IMG/VR virus record: IMGVR_UViG_3300037483_001096
Coordinates: 1-37,026 of that record
Reading direction: 5' to 3' (one strand)
DNA: 37,026 nucleotides
DNA from: a virus
Taxonomy: Duplodnaviria; Caudoviricetes
Shown: piece by piece, positions 15,411 through 23,512 of the stretch
Position numbering within the stretch: the first letter of the stretch is position 1
Layout of the letters: every line of letters starts with the position of its first letter
Made by a program: the position numbers and the translations under genes
The notes under the pieces: model-generated
The model's input: only the letters and a program-made list of their open reading frames with translations
Told to the model about the DNA's origin: nothing
Databases searched by the model: none

Positions 15411-15859
15411 TTGGACCCGGGCACTTTAGCGAGTGCCTCTTTGATAATATCTGGAATTGGTAGCCCGATTGCTGCGGCGTTTTCGGTGATGGAGATCGCT
15501 TCCTGTACGATAAAAAATCCGGCGATAACATCCCGGATCGGAACACCGGTAATTGGTTCCAGCCAGTGGCCCATGTGTACTAAAATCAAGATCATGGCCT
15601 TTTTTGCCATACCGTGGTACGATTTTGAGGCATTAATTTGACCCATCATTCCAGCCGCCAACAGACCAGCAGCGATATCGAGCAACATCAGTCCCAACAG
15701 TACCTGTACTGGCAATGGTGTTATTCCCCACCACCATGACAAAAGACCGATTAATCCGCTGCCTGCTATTGAGAGCCACCAGTTTTTCACGATTTCTATT
15801 TTGTCCTCTCCTTTATCTATGATTATTCTCAGCGAGTTGATTAGTCCGACGATTTCCAC
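15407..15859 (-). CDS. Phage holin (holin_4 / toxin-secretion family); start may be 15790
   Basis: LMLLDIAAGL..SKSYHGMAKK..IRDVIAGFFIVQEAISITENAAAIGLPIP. Confidence 0.88.
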   Translation of the reverse strand: MEIVGLINSLRIIIDKGEDKIEIVKNWWLSIAGSGLIGLLSWWWGITPLPVQVLLGLMLLDIAAGLLAAGMMGQINASKSYHGMAKKAMILILVHMGHWLEPITGVPIRDVIAGFFIVQEAISITENAAAIGLPIPDIIKEALAKVPGSK

Positions 15860-15923
15860 GATGTTCGCCTCTCGATGAGCCCTTATTTGTCAGCTACGTT
15901 TCTGCCACTGGTAACGTCTCGTT

Positions 15924-16136
15924 TCACTCCTCGACTGCTTCCGGTTGTTCTTCCACTGCCACCGCCGGCGACGGCATATCCTCTACCTGCAGCATGACCA
16001 CCATCTCCCGCTTGGCTTCGACACGCCCATTAATGTGCGCGATTTGTTGGTTGGCCTGTTGCACCAACTGATCACGGGACTGCTCCAACTCCGCCACTTC
16101 CTTGTTCAGCTTGTCGATCATCTGCTGCTTGTCCAT
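15924..16136 (-). CDS. Small coiled-coil protein (fibre chaperone-like position)
   Basis: GAGGAG RBS; heptad pattern. Confidence 0.65.
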   Translation of the reverse strand: MDKQQMIDKLNKEVAELEQSRDQLVQQANQQIAHINGRVEAKREMVVMLQVEDMPSPAVAVEEQPEAVEE

Positions 16137-16225
16137 GTGTTTTCTCCTCAGAGCTGTGGTTATTTGGCGCCAACGTCGCTTGCTGATGGGTTTGCGGGTT
16201 TCTATGCCGCTTCGACGACTGGAAG

Positions 16226-16444
16226 CTATCGTCGCCATCTGGATTTGTGTGGCAATTTTCTGCGCAGCCATATGGTACCGCACTGTTGACATACATATCC
16301 GAAACACGATACCAGACCACTGGGGTCTCCTGTGGACATCGATTCACGATGCAGCGGCCCGCTGCATTTGGGGCAAACGCCATCAGCCGGGCGTTCGTCC
16401 TTGGGGTATACGAATTCGACGTACTCAAATTCTTCGTCTGCCAT
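16226..16444 (-). CDS. Zinc-ribbon protein
   Basis: CPKC...CQQC; GAAAGG RBS. Confidence 0.6.
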   Translation of the reverse strand: MADEEFEYVEFVYPKDERPADGVCPKCSGPLHRESMSTGDPSGLVSCFGYVCQQCGTIWLRRKLPHKSRWRR

Positions 16445-16445
16445 C

Positions 16446-16706
16446 TTATGGTTGCCTTTCTTGACCTGGTGTTGTTTGTGCCGGTGGATTCATCCATTCG
16501 TCCATCGCTTTCGCTACGGCTGCGTTGGCCAGTGTTACCGTCTCTCGCTGCAACTGCTGGCGCAGTACCCGGTCGCCCGGCCCGACGGTCAACAGTTCCA
16601 CGCCGGCGACGCCTCGCAACTGCCCGATGGCCTGGGCGAGCTGAGCGGCTGTGGCCTCATCGATGTTGTCCTCCAATGTCACGGTCAAGCCTTTGATTAC
16701 GGCCAT
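16446..16706 (-). CDS. Hypothetical protein
   Basis: GGAGGAG RBS. Confidence 0.65.
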   Translation of the reverse strand: MAVIKGLTVTLEDNIDEATAAQLAQAIGQLRGVAGVELLTVGPGDRVLRQQLQRETVTLANAAVAKAMDEWMNPPAQTTPGQERQP

Positions 16707-16720
16707 GTCTCCTCCGATTT

Positions 16721-19700
16721 TTAACTGTTATACAGAGCCATATATTTGAATGTGCCATTCACAGCTACTCTCATTTTACCGTAATAGGTTCCCAGTGCTG
16801 CTGTATTAACGGGAAGACCAGCACCAACATTGCAGACAAGGTTGATGAATTCTTCCGAATCGTCATCCTGTTCGATCGTCAGGGCCGGGACGGCGCCAAC
16901 AGTGTTATATTGCCAAATTTTGAATGCGTCCGCTGCCCCGCCACCGTTGATTGCCGCCTCGAAATAATCAACTGTCAGTTGTCCGTTGGCATAACTGCCG
17001 GTCGAACCGAGAATGAATGAGCTGCTATAGGCGCCACTTTGTGCCTCTAGTAGTGCCTGTGCCTGATTAGCTGCACCGTTGGGATTGTATGCACTAAGTT
17101 TCGTGCGAACTGCTGACGTTTGTGCATAGTTGAATACACCGCCATAGATGGTGGAACCTGATTTGAACTTATATGATCGTTCATCTGCATATGCTGTGGT
17201 TGGAACAATTTCAACTCCGTTGTTGTTCAGCGCAACGACTCCGGCACCCGCTTTGATGCTGCCATCCGTGTCAATGTAGGCTCTGACTGCGGGGTAAGCC
17301 ATCGAAATGGAACTGCCATCAACAAATTTCAGTTGACCAGCGCTTCTGTCCCACCACATGGCTGCGCCCTCGCCATTCCCGATGAGTAGATCCCCAGCGT
17401 CCATCTCCCATCCGCTGGATACGCCACCCGCGATAACACCGTTACTTTCTGCCAAGCGGAATGCTGTAGTTGGATAAGAAGAAATATTAGAGCCCGCTGT
17501 AATTCTGCCCGCCGCCGTGATTTGGACAGTGTGCGTGGCCCCGTTGTACAAATCGATGTCCACGTCCCGCATTAGCAGATCGCCGGCGCTGTCGTCCCAC
17601 CACAGGTAGCCGCCCCGGTTGGCGTCCCCGATCAGCAGGTCGTTGGTAGCCAACGTCACGCCGCCCCAACTTTTCGTCCCCGCCTCGCAGTAGACACCCA
17701 GAACTTTGCCGCTATCGGAGATAGCCCACAGGCCCTCAGAGTCCGCCCACACTTTGTTGGACGCTGACCGCCAGTGCCAGGTGGAGGTCTCGGCGAACAC
17801 GGGCGCGTTGCTCTCGTAGACCGCCCGGATTTCGTCGGCGCTGGCGGCGCGGTCGAGGATGGTCAGGTCATCGATGTAGCCGTTGTGATTGTAGTTTGTG
17901 CTACCAATGATGCCACCGATGGCAAGGGTTGTGTTGTGTAGCGTCGGCAAGATAAACGATGTATAGCTAACGACCAGGGTACCATTGATGTAGAGCAGGT
18001 ATTTGCTAGTTGCAATGTCCCACGTGATGGCGACGTGGATCCATGTGTTCTTCAAGGCCGAAACATTGTAGTAGGTGATCGAGCTTCCGTTGCTTCGGAT
18101 ATACAACAGTCCGGCGCTGTTGATGTAACTGTCGAACTCGCCATTGACGTCACCGGCCCGCCACAGAAAGCCGCTGTTAGCATTGAAGCCCGTGGGATAG
18201 ATCCACATGATAATGGTGCCGAAAGCCGCCTGGATGTTACCGCCAATCGGATAAGAGAGTGCTGAGACTGTCCGGCTGCTTGTGCTGGCGTGAGCCGTAC
18301 CACTCCAGCTATGGCCGTTCCCCATAGAGCCATCGCAATAGGGCGTGGCATAGGCTTTTTGTTCCAACTGGACCGCGTCCACCAGCATCTTCGGTCCAGC
18401 AGTGACATTGGCCATGTAAATCCAATGGTTTATCGCCGTACGGTCAGCTTCGACAATTGTCCTGGTTACAGCAACACGCTGCCACTCATCTGTCAACGTC
18501 GCTGAGGTTGTGGTTGTCGCTGCACCAGCAGCGCCTCCGGCCTCTCTCAAATTGATTTGTACTGTTTTGCCAACAGCGGATGAAGTACCTGCCTTCACCC
18601 AGGCTGTGAATGTCCACGTTGTTCCCGCCGAAACCGTTAGACCAGTTCCGGCATTGTAAATATACGGATTACCAACCGTGTCGCTTTCTAGAACAGCACA
18701 GTATTCGCCTACATAGCTATCCGCACTGCTCCTCGTTGCCGCCGTGTTGTACCATGTCCAATAAGCTACTCCTGTTTCAAAGCTAGGATTCGTGACGACA
18801 TTTGTCGTCGCCTCGCCTATCTGCACCGCCTTTCCGAACTTGCCCGGCCGGTAGATGACCCCGCCACTGACTGTGGCAATCTGCCCCATGTGCCCCGTCG
18901 GGTTGCCGGTATAGTTGAGTTCGTACGGCTCCGGCCCATCATAATGCGCCAGCAGCAGCGAACCCGCCAACTGGATGGCGTGCTTGCCCACGATCCATCC
19001 ACGCACCAACAGGTTGTCGTCCACGTCCAGCCCGAATTGCTCGTCGAGCGACCAGCTCCCACCTGGGTTAATGACCACGTGCACGTGGTCGTAATCATGC
19101 GTGTGCTTGATGACCCGAAAGCCTGTGCCGCCGGCGTACAGGCTGCCCAGCGCTGTGATGTCCCCGTTGGACTGAAAAGATTCCGTCGTCAGCCCGCCCG
19201 TTACTGTGCTCTTGAGTAGTTGGCTCGCCGCACCGGGGTTGCTGCTGGCTGTCACGGCGTGGTAGTGAGTAGAGCCCGTCACTTGGTTGGTTGTGGAGGC
19301 TGACAGAGAACCGGGCGTGCCCAGGGCAATGTTGTTGGTCGCCTCCTCTACCAGGCCCGAGCCGATCAGGTCCGTCACATCTACAGCGATGGTATCGGTC
19401 AGCACATCAATGCCATCGCCGGCGCCGACGGCCATCACCTTGGAGGTGATAGTCAATCCATTGCCCGCAATGCTATCAGCCACCATCAGGCCAGTGGATA
19501 CCTGCAGGCCGCTGGTCGTCGCCAGTCGCACCTGCATGCTGTCAGCGTTAACGGTCAGGGACGTGTCCGCTGCAATCACATTGAGCGTGATGCCTGCCGC
19601 GGCCAAGGCGCCCCCACCCGTCATGCCGGCGCCGGCGTTGACGGCCCAGGTATTGCGGGCTACGGTGTTGTCCACAGCCAGGGTGAGCACATTCGTGCCG

Positions 19701-20092
19701 GCTGTACTGCTGACCCCGTCCCCGCCGGCTACCTGAATGCGGTCGTCCGCTGCCGGTGTCACGGCCACGCTACTGTCATCCTCTAGGCCGATGAAACCGG
19801 CATGGTGAGCATCGGCACTGACCACGTGAGCACTGATGTCTACACCGTCGATGGTCCTGCCGGCGTCCACAGCCAAATTGCCGGTCAGCGCCCGTGAGCC
19901 GTCCGTCTTCAGGAACTGGGGCGCCAGGTCATCGGTCAGCGTACCGCTGTGGTGCGAGCCGGACAGGGCGTGCGGATCCGGGATGGTGCCATCTCCGGAA
20001 ATGGCGGCGGCCCGACCACCTAAGCCTGCGCCTACATCGCGCAGGATGAGCGGCCGCAACTGGCGATAGAGTTCTGTGATGGTTTGTGCCAT
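16721..20092 (-). CDS. Tail fibre / receptor-binding protein with CBM4-like and LamG domains
   Basis: Gly-rich fibre repeats, HxH motifs, TNVVTNPSFETG (CBM-like), WIHVAITWD..YING..GYIDDL (LamG). Confidence 0.85.
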   Translation of the reverse strand: MAQTITELYRQLRPLILRDVGAGLGGRAAAISGDGTIPDPHALSGSHHSGTLTDDLAPQFLKTDGSRALTGNLAVDAGRTIDGVDISAHVVSADAHHAGFIGLEDDSSVAVTPAADDRIQVAGGDGVSSTAGTNVLTLAVDNTVARNTWAVNAGAGMTGGGALAAAGITLNVIAADTSLTVNADSMQVRLATTSGLQVSTGLMVADSIAGNGLTITSKVMAVGAGDGIDVLTDTIAVDVTDLIGSGLVEEATNNIALGTPGSLSASTTNQVTGSTHYHAVTASSNPGAASQLLKSTVTGGLTTESFQSNGDITALGSLYAGGTGFRVIKHTHDYDHVHVVINPGGSWSLDEQFGLDVDDNLLVRGWIVGKHAIQLAGSLLLAHYDGPEPYELNYTGNPTGHMGQIATVSGGVIYRPGKFGKAVQIGEATTNVVTNPSFETGVAYWTWYNTAATRSSADSYVGEYCAVLESDTVGNPYIYNAGTGLTVSAGTTWTFTAWVKAGTSSAVGKTVQINLREAGGAAGAATTTTSATLTDEWQRVAVTRTIVEADRTAINHWIYMANVTAGPKMLVDAVQLEQKAYATPYCDGSMGNGHSWSGTAHASTSSRTVSALSYPIGGNIQAAFGTIIMWIYPTGFNANSGFLWRAGDVNGEFDSYINSAGLLYIRSNGSSITYYNVSALKNTWIHVAITWDIATSKYLLYINGTLVVSYTSFILPTLHNTTLAIGGIIGSTNYNHNGYIDDLTILDRAASADEIRAVYESNAPVFAETSTWHWRSASNKVWADSEGLWAISDSGKVLGVYCEAGTKSWGGVTLATNDLLIGDANRGGYLWWDDSAGDLLMRDVDIDLYNGATHTVQITAAGRITAGSNISSYPTTAFRLAESNGVIAGGVSSGWEMDAGDLLIGNGEGAAMWWDRSAGQLKFVDGSSISMAYPAVRAYIDTDGSIKAGAGVVALNNNGVEIVPTTAYADERSYKFKSGSTIYGGVFNYAQTSAVRTKLSAYNPNGAANQAQALLEAQSGAYSSSFILGSTGSYANGQLTVDYFEAAINGGGAADAFKIWQYNTVGAVPALTIEQDDDSEEFINLVCNVGAGLPVNTAALGTYYGKMRVAVNGTFKYMALYNS

Positions 20093-20096
20093 GTGG

Positions 20097-22094
20097 TTAC
20101 CCCTCCCGGATTAGCCCGATTTCCCAGGGCGTGCGGGCGTCTTTGAGCGTAATGGTGTGGCGCATCGTACGGGTGTCGAATTGGGCGGACTCGATAAAGA
20201 CCGGTGAAATAGACCCGATACCGGATAGGTTGGCGATGGTGGGGATGACGTCCCGGTAGCTGGCCCACTGGCCCACAAAGGATAAATCGCCCGGCGGCAT
20301 AGGCAACCCGACCCCTCGTGTCACCTGACCATCCACGCCGATGAAATAGTTGATCGCGCTGGCCAATGGCTTGCTGGGTTCGGGCTGGATGGCTACCGTT
20401 TTGTTGGCACGTACAATGGGCAGGATGCGCCGGCCAGCTGTGTCGCCCACATTGGCCAGTTGCAGCACGTCGTCCAAAACAGTGTTCTGGCCGTCCCGAT
20501 ACTGCCAGGTTTCGATGCCACTGGCCGACATGATTTCGGCTGTCGATAGCAGGTCGGCGTGGTTATCGATAGCGGCCTTGATCTGTGTGGTCGTGGCCAC
20601 GGCGCCCCGAATCTCGAAGAGCAGATCGGCGTTGGGATCGCGGGCGATGTAATCGGAGCCTTCGTAAAGATAGAGCGGGCCTGCCGTGTAGCCCAGGTCC
20701 TCCCCCACACCCACCACGTAATAGTTGCTGGTGCTGTTACTGCCTGTGCGTTCCAGCTTCAGCCAGTAATACGATCCCGGCGTGAGCGTGGTCGTGTTGG
20801 CAAAGGTGAACGCCATCCAACCCTGTTCGGCGCCGATGGTATCACCGGCGATGGTCGTCGTCTCCAGGAGTGTGTCTGGGTTGCCACCCGAATCTGTGTA
20901 GATGGAAAGACGAACAGGATCGAAGGCGCCCCCGATACGGGCCAATGAGAGCAGGATCTTGTTGACCGTCCAGGCATCGGCGGAAGACGGGGTAATCAAC
21001 TGAATCAGATGGGCGCCGGCCAAAGTCACAGTCACCGAAGCGCCAGGCAATTCGTTTGTGATCGCCTGCTCCACTTTGATCGAGTGGCCGCGGGTCACGG
21101 TTACAGTAAGCGGCCCGGGCTCCTCCACCAGCTCCTGCAGCACCACGATCTTGGAGCCGTCCGAGAACGCCTGGTCCACCCAGTAGTAGCCGTCGTTGTT
21201 GACGGAACCGCTGACGTGGATCAGGTCATGCGCCTGCACGTCGGCCAGGCTGTTGTTGCTGTCCCGGATCTCCCTGAACTCGTGGTTGAAGCCGATGCCC
21301 GCCGACGTGAAGCTGGCGGTCCCGCGCTCCGTCCCTTCCTCCACCGTGTAGACACCAGCGTTAGAAGTGGCGCCAACCCAGCGGATGCGATCGCCTCGTA
21401 TCAGTCCAGTCAGGTTGCCGTTGATATCCGAAACGAAACGGGTGCTGGCCTCAAACGAAACCCCGTCGCTAACAAAGCCAACCCCCAACCGTTGGCTGGC
21501 GCCGCCGCTGGTGTACGCCTCATAGCCGTCGCTGCGCGTGTGGTATTTGTTGTTCAGCGATGACCACAGGCCAGAACAGGTGAGCGACGCCGAAAACTCA
21601 GTCCATTGTCCAGGCACGAGCTGAGGCACGGGGTACTTGCGGGCGGCCAGCGCCAGGGCCTGCTTGGCCTCGGCCACGGCCTGCGGCATTTCGTCCAGAG
21701 ACAAGACCAACTGCCGCTCCCCATAGCGGGAGATAGAATCCGTATCGGTCAGGAAATCGGTCTGATAGGAAACGCCAGCGTCGGAGAAAACGACCGACAC
21801 GCTATTGACGACGTCGTCCAGGCTCAAGCTAACGGCGATGGCGCCGATGGTAATGTCCACCTGGCTGACTATACCCCACCACACCCAATCGTTCTGCGGA
21901 CTGTAGATATCCACACCATAGCGCAGCCAGCCCAGAATCTGCCAGACGGCGTTGGTGGGGCCCGATACCGGGATGGCGGCCGCCAGTGGTCCGCCCATGG
22001 CCGCCCGCGAGAACGTGGCCGGGCTGAGCAGCAGGCCGGAAGGCACGATGACCCGGTTGCCGCTGCAGTCTGTGATCTCCGTGCTCCAGGTCAT
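20097..22094 (-). CDS. Minor tail (hub/Tal-like) protein with inserted accessory domains
   Basis: Position after the Dit-like gene; DTDSISRYG motif; internal duplicated domain. Confidence 0.7.
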   Translation of the reverse strand: MTWSTEITDCSGNRVIVPSGLLLSPATFSRAAMGGPLAAAIPVSGPTNAVWQILGWLRYGVDIYSPQNDWVWWGIVSQVDITIGAIAVSLSLDDVVNSVSVVFSDAGVSYQTDFLTDTDSISRYGERQLVLSLDEMPQAVAEAKQALALAARKYPVPQLVPGQWTEFSASLTCSGLWSSLNNKYHTRSDGYEAYTSGGASQRLGVGFVSDGVSFEASTRFVSDINGNLTGLIRGDRIRWVGATSNAGVYTVEEGTERGTASFTSAGIGFNHEFREIRDSNNSLADVQAHDLIHVSGSVNNDGYYWVDQAFSDGSKIVVLQELVEEPGPLTVTVTRGHSIKVEQAITNELPGASVTVTLAGAHLIQLITPSSADAWTVNKILLSLARIGGAFDPVRLSIYTDSGGNPDTLLETTTIAGDTIGAEQGWMAFTFANTTTLTPGSYYWLKLERTGSNSTSNYYVVGVGEDLGYTAGPLYLYEGSDYIARDPNADLLFEIRGAVATTTQIKAAIDNHADLLSTAEIMSASGIETWQYRDGQNTVLDDVLQLANVGDTAGRRILPIVRANKTVAIQPEPSKPLASAINYFIGVDGQVTRGVGLPMPPGDLSFVGQWASYRDVIPTIANLSGIGSISPVFIESAQFDTRTMRHTITLKDARTPWEIGLIREG

Positions 22095-23512
22095 ATCGTC
22101 AGCCGCCGTTCCCGGATGCCCACCCGGATGTTGGCCGTCTTGGCCGGCTGGTGGATGCCCAGGTGATCCCACCAAAAATGGAAACGGGCATCTTTACCTG
22201 GCACCAAGACAATTTGTTGTCCCAGACCGGCAATACCAGCTAAGCGGTTGACATAAGCATCTGCAACATACACTTCTCGATCGATAGATGTGTCGATAAT
22301 TTGCGTGCCGTCAGTTTGTAAACTGCCGGTCAATGGCTTAAGTCGCCGATAACCATCTAGAGGCATCATAGCAATGAAATCTAAGTCTACAGTTTGACCG
22401 TTAGCCCCACGTGCAAAGAAACCCATACTCAACTCGGCTACACCACTTCCCTTGTTAACCAGGCCCGGCGGCAATTGCACCGTTCCTAGTTCGATAATTT
22501 GACTGATAGCCCCCTGGTAAATGTCAACTTCACTAGTTGTCCAAAACCACCAGGACGGCGTAGGATGCGGATAACCGATACTCACATACCCGTAAGAACC
22601 AGAAGCAGGATAGGCATTGAACACAGCCAGAAGCATGAAATGATTACCGTTGGCCCGGCCTAAAACAGTAGGTGACAACGCCCATCGTCCTAATGTTTCA
22701 TATGTGCTACCTCCCAACGTTTTTTTGAGCGATGCACCGCCATGCTTGTTAGTGGCATCAGTCGAATCCACCGTGCCATAGCCGGCCTCAGAGTTCTCTG
22801 CTTCGACAACAGGATTGAATGATGCTGGTGTGCTGAACTGGTTGCAGGATATGTAGATATTGCGATAAGCGGCGTTAGACCCGGTATTGTTTTTGAATTC
22901 AATTTGTGTGCCCACCGGCAGAGTGCCCACTACGTCGGCCCCGTCCACGTCCACCCAGTTTTCGCCGGAAGCATCGTTACGGTTAGAAATGGTAATGCCG
23001 GATCCGGTGTCCGATCCGCTGCTGTTAGAGATGGACAGGTAGGTGAGACTGGACGCCTCCCAGTAGAAGCGGCGAGTAAGAATGATAGTTACCTTCACCG
23101 AGAGGACCGGCAACTGTTGCCAGCTATCCTCATTCAGGATGGCACGGCCAGCCAGGATCTCTGACTGCCATTTGGCCGCGTCTGTGGACATCTGCACGCG
23201 TAGATAGATTGGGGAGACGGCGACGCCGCGGCTGCGCCTATGTGCCTGGCCCAGGGCCGTTTCGATAGATCGGAGTTTGTCTCGAATGGCCGTGGTCGTG
23301 GCGCCGATCAGCATAACCTGTACGGACTCGGTCACATTGCGATAGGTCGTCTCGTAGACCTCACCGCCGTCAGCTTGAGCGCCGGGATCGAAAGTGCGAG
23401 AATCGATCTCCGGTGTGTTCTGCACGTACTTTTCCAGCATGACGCCGCTACTACTCAGACCAATGGTACCGATGGCGGTGTCAGCGCTGTAGATTTCAAC
23501 GGAATGGGTCAT
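22091..23512 (-). CDS. Distal tail (Dit-like) protein with inserted carbohydrate-binding-like region
   Basis: Directly after the tape measure gene; DGGEVYETTYRNV, RRFYWE, IRERRLTI. Confidence 0.7.
   Translation of the reverse strand: MTHSVEIYSADTAIGTIGLSSSGVMLEKYVQNTPEIDSRTFDPGAQADGGEVYETTYRNVTESVQVMLIGATTTAIRDKLRSIETALGQAHRRSRGVAVSPIYLRVQMSTDAAKWQSEILAGRAILNEDSWQQLPVLSVKVTIILTRRFYWEASSLTYLSISNSSGSDTGSGITISNRNDASGENWVDVDGADVVGTLPVGTQIEFKNNTGSNAAYRNIYISCNQFSTPASFNPVVEAENSEAGYGTVDSTDATNKHGGASLKKTLGGSTYETLGRWALSPTVLGRANGNHFMLLAVFNAYPASGSYGYVSIGYPHPTPSWWFWTTSEVDIYQGAISQIIELGTVQLPPGLVNKGSGVAELSMGFFARGANGQTVDLDFIAMMPLDGYRRLKPLTGSLQTDGTQIIDTSIDREVYVADAYVNRLAGIAGLGQQIVLVPGKDARFHFWWDHLGIHQPAKTANIRVGIRERRLTI

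Noticed and set aside
16721-20092. Diversity-generating retroelement or invertible fibre cassette
   Set aside because: No reverse transcriptase, template/variable repeat pair or serine invertase seen
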